Virus record (IMG/VR): IMGVR_UViG_3300044816_000012 | Location: 1-46,280 of that record | Strand: one strand, 5' to 3' | DNA: 46,280 bases | Source of the DNA: a virus | Part shown: one piece after another, positions 7,673 through 13,087 of the stretch | Layout: each line of letters opens with the position of its first letter | Numbering within the stretch: position 1 is the first letter of the stretch | Notes under the pieces: model-generated | What the model was told of the DNA's origin: nothing | Seen by the model: only the letters and a program-made list of their open reading frames with translations | The model's database searches: none | Translations under genes and position numbers: made by a program

Positions 7673-8065
7673 CTATCCTACGTAAAAATAAATTCGGCCA
7701 TCGTCGCCGCGGAAAATGTCATGCGCTGCATTGTCGTCCGCTTCGTAGGATGTCCATTCCTCTTCTGTCGTGTCCGGAGATAGATCCGCCTCCCGAACGG
7801 AGGCGGAGACCCATTGAATGCACAAAGCGTTCAACGCTTCGTTAGACCACGTGCTGAATTCATCCGCCTCCGAGAATCCGGCAGACTTCGCGAGTGCCTT
7901 GAACGCTTCGCGCTGTTCCGCGGTCGACAGTAAGGGGTAATCCTCGCTGTCGTCGTTGGCTGCGCGCCAAGTGTCAGGACCAGCATCGCGGCCAATCTCT
8001 GTAACGCTTGCGCTGTAGTCCGTTGGAGCGGCATTGTTGAAAAATTCTGTGATGTCGAGTTCCAT
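7673..8065 (-). CDS. strongly acidic hypothetical protein (130 aa; I count 29 D/E vs 8 K/R)
   Basis: ORF with ctaggagccgcacacATG; the composition was counted by hand from the translation. Confidence 0.75.
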   Translation of the reverse strand: MELDITEFFNNAAPTDYSASVTEIGRDAGPDTWRAANDDSEDYPLLSTAEQREAFKALAKSAGFSEADEFSTWSNEALNALCIQWVSASVREADLSPDTTEEEWTSYEADDNAAHDIFRGDDGRIYFYVG

Positions 8066-8076
8066 GTGTGCGGCTC

Positions 8077-8691
8077 CTAGTTCGAAAAGATCGCGACGTT
8101 GCCGTTGCTCATTTCAATTTTGTAGATATCGCCGCCGAGCACCATGTCGCGGGCGAAGGCTGCGCAATCGAAATAGTTACGCAGGTTCTCCGGCATTGAA
8201 TCGAGCATGCCGGAATTATCTATGTAGTCCTCCGCGTATTTTTCGACGCTCTCCCATTCGCCGCTGTAGTGGTCGCGGAAATCGTCCGGGTCCGGCAAGT
8301 CTACGCCGCAATGCCCTGTATACAGCGCGTACGCTTCGCCATGCTCGGCGATTAGCTCTGCAGCTTTGGCCACATCGGCGAATGATGTTGACTCACCAAC
8401 CAGACCATAGAAACCTTCATGGTCGTGGATGGCCCATTCCTCGGCGCTCGAAACTTTGGTAGTTCCGTTGCATGTATCACATTCCAGGTTGTCCAAGTCT
8501 GACGGATGCTGTATATCGCAGTCGGGACAATCCACCATCACGTTCGGATGCTTGGACGTGCGCAGTAGCACGTTCACTTCGTCTTGAATGTCCTCGGCTG
8601 ATTTGCCGTCGCAATCGATCCATGCGCCGTGCATCTCGCCGTTGTTGTAGTCCGCGAGGACTGCAACGTAAATTCTTGTGTCATCGCTCAT
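8077..8691 (-). CDS. ardA: ArdA-family antirestriction protein with an inserted CxxC...CxxC zinc-ribbon-like segment (204 aa)
   Basis: RIYVAVLADYNNGEMHGAWIDC..., EEWAIHDHEGFYG, YFDCAAFARDMVLGGDIY...VAIFSN match the ArdA pattern as I know it; the insert is CPDCDIQHPSDLDNLECDTC. Confidence 0.82.
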   Translation of the reverse strand: MSDDTRIYVAVLADYNNGEMHGAWIDCDGKSAEDIQDEVNVLLRTSKHPNVMVDCPDCDIQHPSDLDNLECDTCNGTTKVSSAEEWAIHDHEGFYGLVGESTSFADVAKAAELIAEHGEAYALYTGHCGVDLPDPDDFRDHYSGEWESVEKYAEDYIDNSGMLDSMPENLRNYFDCAAFARDMVLGGDIYKIEMSNGNVAIFSN

Positions 8692-8697
8692 TTGTCT

Positions 8698-8733
8698 ATT
8701 TTCCTATGTGTGTCTATCGAAGTGTTCAACGTG
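8698..8733. repeat. Dispersed ~36-nt repeat, copy 1 (immediately upstream of the ardA start on the minus strand)
   Basis: attttcctatgtgtgtctatcgaagtgttcaacgtg vs copy 2 attttcctgtgtgtgtgtctatcgaggtgttcaacgtg; differences are 2 substitutions and a GT indel. Confidence 0.85.
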
Positions 8734-8841
8734 GACGCTTACCAATGTATCGATGGCGGAGTGCAGCGAGCTTACCGCGATGTGCGCCGCGTAGGCGCCG
8801 GAGGCAATCGCGATTAGCAAGCAGAAAACAAGGGTTTTCAT
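8704..8841 (-). CDS. small secreted-type peptide (45 aa) with Sec-like signal sequence and His-rich tail
   Basis: Not in track. MKTLVFCLLIAIASGAYA/AHIAVSSLHSAIDTLVSVHVEHFDRHT; ATGA overlap with the upstream stop. Confidence 0.5.
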   Translation of the reverse strand: MKTLVFCLLIAIASGAYAAHIAVSSLHSAIDTLVSVHVEHFDRHT

Positions 8842-9032
8842 GACTGCGCCTTGAGTATTGCGCGTTCTTCTTGGCGGGCGAAATCGTCATAGTCGCATGC
8901 GCAAGCTAATGCGAATTCGCGCAATCTGTCATTACTGGTGGCGCCCGCGGCTCGCAGGTACCGCTCGCTCATTGCACGGTAATGCGCAACCATTCGGCGT
9001 TGCGGGAAAAGGGGATTGATGTCGAGTTCCAC
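8838..9032 (-). CDS. hypothetical protein (64 aa, GTG start)
   Basis: ORF; its N-terminus MELDI is shared with gene 7673..8065 (ggaactcgacatca is identical). Confidence 0.55.
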   Translation of the reverse strand: MELDINPLFPQRRMVAHYRAMSERYLRAAGATSNDRLREFALACACDYDDFARQEERAILKAQS

Positions 9033-9038
9033 GTGTTC

Positions 9039-9076
9039 ATTTTCCTGTGTGTGTGTCTATCGAGGTGTTCAACGTG
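9039..9076. repeat. Dispersed ~36-nt repeat, copy 2 (immediately upstream of gene 8838..9032)
   Basis: See copy 1. Confidence 0.85.
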
Positions 9077-9177
9077 TACCAAGACTGATGCATCCGTCGT
9101 GCCAACAGCCATTTGTGGATACCGGACGGCTGTTTTGGTGATTTGCTGTTTTAGCGCTTACCATAAAATGTGACTGC

Positions 9178-9236
9178 TGCATTGCGGTGACAAAGTTTGT
9201 CAGGCCAAAGTAGTCGTTTTTTGTCACCGCAATGCA
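9178..9236. promoter_or_regulatory. Perfect 17-bp inverted repeat (25-nt spacer) containing a nested 7-1-7 palindrome TGACAAAgTTTGTCA
   Basis: tgcattgcggtgacaaa (9178..9194) pairs with tttgtcaccgcaatgca (9220..9236). The palindrome is at 9188..9202 and a third TTTGTCA half-site at 9220..9226. The element abuts the stop of gene 9237..9521. Confidence 0.6.
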
Positions 9237-9521
9237 TCAAACTATCTGCCCTAAGCTGCGTAGACGCTTAAGCAGGTAACCTTCGCGAGTGTTCTCAGCG
9301 ATGGTTACGACGTTAACATTGCTTAGGGCATAACCGCCTTGGTCCCACATACGGGCTAATACCAAGCGCTCTCCTAAAACCTTCCTGTGCCAATGCGGAG
9401 CCCATATCCGCGACCATTGCTCGAAGGTAAGTTCCCAAGGTATGCGCCTTGCTGCGGCTCCTCCGCGTGCGCTTATGAAGCTGGCATGCATATCGGTTGA
9501 CGGTGTAGTGGTCCAAGTCAT
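9237..9521 (-). CDS. first gene of the leftward arm; hypothetical protein (94 aa) with weak resemblance to HNH-associated DNA-binding modules
   Basis: ORF. RIPWELTFEQW and WDQGGYALSNVNVVTIAEN recall motifs seen in small HNH-type phage proteins, but no catalytic His/Cys set is visible. Confidence 0.6.
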   Translation of the reverse strand: MTWTTTPSTDMHASFISARGGAAARRIPWELTFEQWSRIWAPHWHRKVLGERLVLARMWDQGGYALSNVNVVTIAENTREGYLLKRLRSLGQIV

Positions 9522-9644
9522 GTGTTTTTAACCCCCCGGTTGTGGGTTTGTGGAGTACACCACACTAGTTGCTCGGCCGTAAAGTATTTTCGCCCTTCTT
9601 GTTAATAATATAATTTAACACTGCGAACTACTGTATAAAACTGT

Positions 9645-9690
9645 ATGGCACGATTCTCTTTTTAGTGCATTAATGTTAAATGGCACGATT
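9645..9690. repeat. Two copies of atggcacgatt spaced 35 nt apart in the AT-rich segment
   Basis: 9645..9655 and 9680..9690, read directly. Confidence 0.8.
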
Positions 9691-9840
9691 ATTGCGGTTT
9701 CACGTGGCTATTTGACTTATGCTGAAATTAAGGTTGTGGGCGCTCGGCTGGTCACTGGTTACGCTAGGTACGCTTCGACGCATAAAGTAAGTCGCACGGC
9801 TTAGTTGGTATATTTTCTGTGGGACAATATCTATCTTTAA

Positions 9841-9867
9841 GAGTAACAAGAGTAACAAGAGTAACCA
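9841..9867. repeat. 9-nt tandem repeat x3 (gagtaacaa gagtaacaa gagtaacca)
   Basis: Read directly. Confidence 0.85.
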
Positions 9868-10036
9868 TAGGTACTATTCTCCGGGGAAAAGCAAGTTACG
9901 CTTTGCGTTACGCATGGCAGCCAAAATGGTTAAGTGTAACCGAACTGTTAAATAGCCCAGGGCAAATGGCATATCGACCATTCAGCCACGCGCTAGCCAC
10001 GAATAGCCTAGGACGCACGGAGAAGCCCTAGGAGCC

Positions 10037-10071
10037 CCTCTAGCCCTTAGGGGCATGCCTTGGGCTAGAGG
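10037..10071. other. 10-bp stem hairpin (cctctagccc ... gggctagagg) in the GC-rich leader
   Basis: Read directly. Further stems are at 10179..10195 (catcgc/gcgatg), 10293..10326 (cctctt/aagagg) and 10324..10336 (aggcc/ggcct). Confidence 0.6.
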
Positions 10072-10344
10072 CGCATGATCGCCGGGCTGCGGGGCGCTGA
10101 ACGTGCGGTGGGCTGCGATAGGCGTGCTATTTAGGCTGACGGGGTAGGGGTACGGGGGAGAGGCCCTTTGCTGAGGCTCATCGCTGGCGGCGATGGGGGC
10201 GCTAGGTTCAAGGCGATGCGAGGGACCCAAACAGGTACTTGCATTCAGGTACCCGCCGGATGGTTGACGGCCCCACCCTCCGGGGGTATAACCCTCTTTA
10301 GCCGCTCAATCGTTCGAATCAAGAGGCCGGGGGCCTACCAAACC

Positions 10345-10488
10345 ATGCGCACTTCGTACCTAATCACCCTGGCGTTCATCGCAACCTTTGGTGCAGGATT
10401 CGTCTTGGCACATTACATCACGCGGCCAGTTAACGTATTCGTGCCAATCCCCATCACGGTAAACTGTACGCACGGGACCATCACCTAA
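10345..10488 (+). CDS. small membrane protein (47 aa), first gene of the rightward arm
   Basis: MRTSYLITLAFIATFGAGFVLAHYITRPVN...; TAATG overlap with the next gene; the track lists it inside a longer, unlikely ORF 10168..10488. Confidence 0.55.
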   Translation: MRTSYLITLAFIATFGAGFVLAHYITRPVNVFVPIPITVNCTHGTIT

Positions 10489-10805
10489 TGATTCCGGCTA
10501 AAGGCTCCTATGTCTATACCCTCTTATTGGCTCTGGACCGCTTTGCTGCGGCCATTCTGTTCAACCGTGCGGACATCACGATATCGTCTCTATGCTGGGT
10601 GGCACGGAATATGCTCACCACTCCGCCCGACCCAATAGCCGCAGCGGCATCCGCAATTCTCAAATTCGCACCGTGGCAAGTCTGGTTCTTGACCCATACA
10701 GCCACCGCCCTAGAGTTCCTCCAAGCGGGCCATTGCGCCGAGGCACGGCAGACGGATATCGAGACGGCAGACACGACTGAGGCGCTGCTACGTGGCCATA
10801 CGTAA
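10488..10805 (+). CDS. hypothetical protein (105 aa)
   Basis: ORF translationally coupled to its neighbours. Confidence 0.6.
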   Translation: MIPAKGSYVYTLLLALDRFAAAILFNRADITISSLCWVARNMLTTPPDPIAAAASAILKFAPWQVWFLTHTATALEFLQAGHCAEARQTDIETADTTEALLRGHT

Positions 10806-11124
10806 CTCTTCGAAACAGACACTATTCCGTAACGCCGATAGCCTGGCACGCGAGCACACAGATCGTGCCATCTCGACACTGGCCGAAGTTATGGACGATC
10901 CGTTCGCGGAGAATCGCGACCGGCTACGAGCCGCAGAATCATTACTGGATAGAGGCCATGGCAAGGCAGCGCAAGCCATCATTGCGGTGCCGGCCAACCG
11001 ACAGCAGGCCGCCTTGCTGGCAGCCATGAGCGATGATGAACTTATGACGATCTTGGCGTCTACCCAGTTGCCGCGCCTTACGCAAGATGAAGCAGATGTA
11101 CTCTCAGATCCTCTATTGGCATGA
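10792..11124 (+). CDS. putative small terminase subunit (110 aa, GTG start)
   Basis: Lies immediately upstream of and overlaps (ATGA) the large terminase. RLRAAESLLDRGHGKAAQ resembles a motif I associate with small terminase/DNA-binding packaging proteins. Confidence 0.45.
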   Translation: MAIRNSSKQTLFRNADSLAREHTDRAISTLAEVMDDPFAENRDRLRAAESLLDRGHGKAAQAIIAVPANRQQAALLAAMSDDELMTILASTQLPRLTQDEADVLSDPLLA

Positions 11125-12167
11125 GCGCCCAAGCAGATCCGCAGCACGTAGCCACTGAACTGCTACGCAGACAGCGTGCCCGTGCGAGCTTGGTGGAATT
11201 CTCGCAAGCCATTGAGATACCCGGCGTCCCGATGGTTGACATCGTTGACGAGGAGGACGAAGAAGGGAAACTCAAGAATCGTTTCGAAACACAGGCAGTA
11301 ACATATACGCCTGTAGAATCGCGCATAGCGCTTCATCACCTACTAATGATGCGGGCTATACAGCGTTGCATAGAAACACCAAGAGGACGGCTAATTCTGG
11401 CCGCGCCACCCGGTTCAGCCAAGTCCACGTATGCAAGCGTCATAGCGCCAGCGTGGGCTATGGGACGCAAGAAGAACACGCAGATAATCCTAGCATCCTA
11501 CGGAACATCCATAGCCGCGAAGCAATCACGCAAGGTTCGTTCTATTTGCAGAGACAAGCGGTATACATCGCTGTGGGCGGAGAAGCCTACACTGCTAGAC
11601 GACCAGCGAGCGGTAGACGACTGGCAGTTATCGAACGGATCTTCCATGATGGCAGCGGGCTTACTTGCAGGGATCACCGGCAATCGTGCGGACGGTATTA
11701 TTATCGATGACCCCTGCGCTAATAGAGAACAGGCGGACTCCGCTACGATTCGTGAGAAAACATATAGCGAGTACATAGACACCGCTATGACTCGCGCCAA
11801 GCCCAAGATGTGGGCAATCATAATCATGACACGATGGCACGAAGAAGATTTGGCAGGTGCTATCCTACCGGCAGACTACAACGGGGAAAGCGGAATGATC
11901 CCGTGCCGCGACGGCCAGACTTGGGAAGTACTCAGCATACCTGCTGAGGCGGAGCAGGAGGACGACCCCTTGGGCCGCAAGCCCGGAGAGTTCTTGTGGC
12001 CGGAGCATTGGCCGCGTGAACACTGGTCAACATGGAGGGACAACCCGCGTGCGGCTCGTACATGGTCGGCGCTGTATCAGCAGCGGCCTGCACCGTTCTC
12101 TGGTGTACACTTCTCCCGCGAGATGTTCAAGCGCTTCGACCTAGACCGCCCGCGCGAGGACGTATGA
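11121..12167 (+). CDS. terL: Terminase large subunit, ATPase domain ORF (348 aa)
   Basis: Walker A LILAAPPGSAKST, Walker B ADGIIIDDP, coupling motif IIMTRWHEEDL, linker SALYQQRPAP; ends at TGA 12165..12167. Confidence 0.88.
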   Translation: MSAQADPQHVATELLRRQRARASLVEFSQAIEIPGVPMVDIVDEEDEEGKLKNRFETQAVTYTPVESRIALHHLLMMRAIQRCIETPRGRLILAAPPGSAKSTYASVIAPAWAMGRKKNTQIILASYGTSIAAKQSRKVRSICRDKRYTSLWAEKPTLLDDQRAVDDWQLSNGSSMMAAGLLAGITGNRADGIIIDDPCANREQADSATIREKTYSEYIDTAMTRAKPKMWAIIIMTRWHEEDLAGAILPADYNGESGMIPCRDGQTWEVLSIPAEAEQEDDPLGRKPGEFLWPEHWPREHWSTWRDNPRAARTWSALYQQRPAPFSGVHFSREMFKRFDLDRPREDV

Positions 12168-12814
12168 CCTTAAACCTGTACAACCCCGACGACCTTACTG
12201 CACTGCCGTCCTCCCTGCGCGTGTACGGGGCCTCGGACTATGCCACTATGGAGGCACGTGCCGGCAAGCGGGAACCGGACTTCACCGAGCACGGCATCTG
12301 GGGTGTGGACCGTAATGGTGACTTGTGGGCTATGGATTGGTGGAGCGGGCAGACGGAGACGGATAAGAGCATAGCGCAGTTTCTGCGACTGGTAGGACTG
12401 TACAAGCCTATCAAGTGGTTCCATGAAGGGGGATTGATCGACAAGGCCATCGGCCCAGCTATCCGCTCAGAGATGCGCCGTAGTCAGAAGTTCACATCCC
12501 TCGAAGCACTGCCATCATTGCAGGATAAAGCGATCAAGTTGCAGTCCTTCCATTCACGCGCTACTGCCGGCACAGTGCACATACCCATCCGTCGCAAATG
12601 GGCAGAGGATCTAATCGAACAGCTTGTCAAGTTTCCCGCCGGGCGGTGGGACGATAAGGCGGACGTTTGCGGACTTATCGGGCGAGGCGTGGACTTAATG
12701 TTTGACGCCAGCCTCCCAATGGTGGAAACTAAGCCGACTCTGATCCCGTTCACGGGAGCCTGGTTAGAACACGGTACCAATGATGACAAGCCCAAAGTGA
12801 GGTTCTTTAGCTAA
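12164..12814 (+). CDS. terL: Terminase large subunit, RNase H-like nuclease domain ORF (216 aa)
   Basis: Starts at ATG 12164 (ATGA overlap, -1 frame relative to the ATPase ORF). LRVYGASDYA, WFHEGG and FPAGRWDDKADV are typical acidic nuclease motifs. Confidence 0.85.
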   Translation: MTLNLYNPDDLTALPSSLRVYGASDYATMEARAGKREPDFTEHGIWGVDRNGDLWAMDWWSGQTETDKSIAQFLRLVGLYKPIKWFHEGGLIDKAIGPAIRSEMRRSQKFTSLEALPSLQDKAIKLQSFHSRATAGTVHIPIRRKWAEDLIEQLVKFPAGRWDDKADVCGLIGRGVDLMFDASLPMVETKPTLIPFTGAWLEHGTNDDKPKVRFFS

Positions 12815-13083
12815 TGCGACACTATCGCCCCGGCATGGCACCAGTTATTACCGACGAACCGGACGCACCTGCGCCCGTCACTTCTATCGTCGCGCCGTTG
12901 GCCTCAATTGAGGCTGCAATGGCAGCGGCTATTGCACGACAAGCGGCGGCTGACGCTGCGAGGGAGGCCGCTAAGCCTGAAATCATCGCAAACCCTACCC
13001 CAAGCCCGGTTGTTACTATGACTGGGCAGAACATGCAGCCATCTCTAAACATCCAGCCTACATTGCTTGGCGTAAAGGGTTAA
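12814..13083 (+). CDS. hypothetical Ala/Pro-rich protein (89 aa)
   Basis: ORF with TAATG coupling to terL. Confidence 0.6.
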   Translation: MRHYRPGMAPVITDEPDAPAPVTSIVAPLASIEAAMAAAIARQAAADAAREAAKPEIIANPTPSPVVTMTGQNMQPSLNIQPTLLGVKG

Positions 13084-13087
13084 CGGC

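Larger units (their letters stand above)
9522..10344. promoter_or_regulatory. Divergent non-coding control region between the two arms (AT-rich left half, GC-rich hairpin-dense right half)
   Basis: No credible ORF. It lies between divergently oriented first genes (9521 minus, 10345 plus). No strong sigma70 consensus could be assigned by eye. Confidence 0.6.

Noticed and set aside
9069-9164. 31-aa minus-strand ORF (MVSAKTANHQNSRPVSTNGCWHDGCISLGTR) between the inverted repeat and repeat copy 2
   Set aside because: It has no SD and no overlap coupling, unlike every other small gene in the arm; the region is more likely untranslated spacer
10262-10340. tRNA-like cues (GTTCGAATC T-loop-like string, and ...GGCCTACCA)
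   Set aside because: I could not build a cloverleaf. The 5 nt flanking TTCGAAT do not pair, the candidate acceptor arms (ggcccc/ggggcc) are only about 67 nt apart with no D or anticodon arms, and the reverse strand also fails
9819-10344. ORFs 9819..10031 (+), 9982..10230 (-) and the 5' part of 10168..10488 (+) in the control region
   Set aside because: They have no SD, non-ATG or arbitrary starts, and low-complexity or odd composition (for example VTRVTRVT from the 9-nt tandem repeat). They overlap hairpin-dense DNA; only the terminal 47 codons (10345..10488) look like a gene
12032-12163. Upstream extension of the terminase nuclease ORF (track start 12032)
   Set aside because: The extension (MEGQPACGSYMVGAVSAAACTVLWCTLLPRDVQ...) is the out-of-frame shadow of the ATPase ORF and is not protein-like; ATG 12164 with an ATGA overlap is the sensible start. 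A sequencing frameshift remains possible (see finding)
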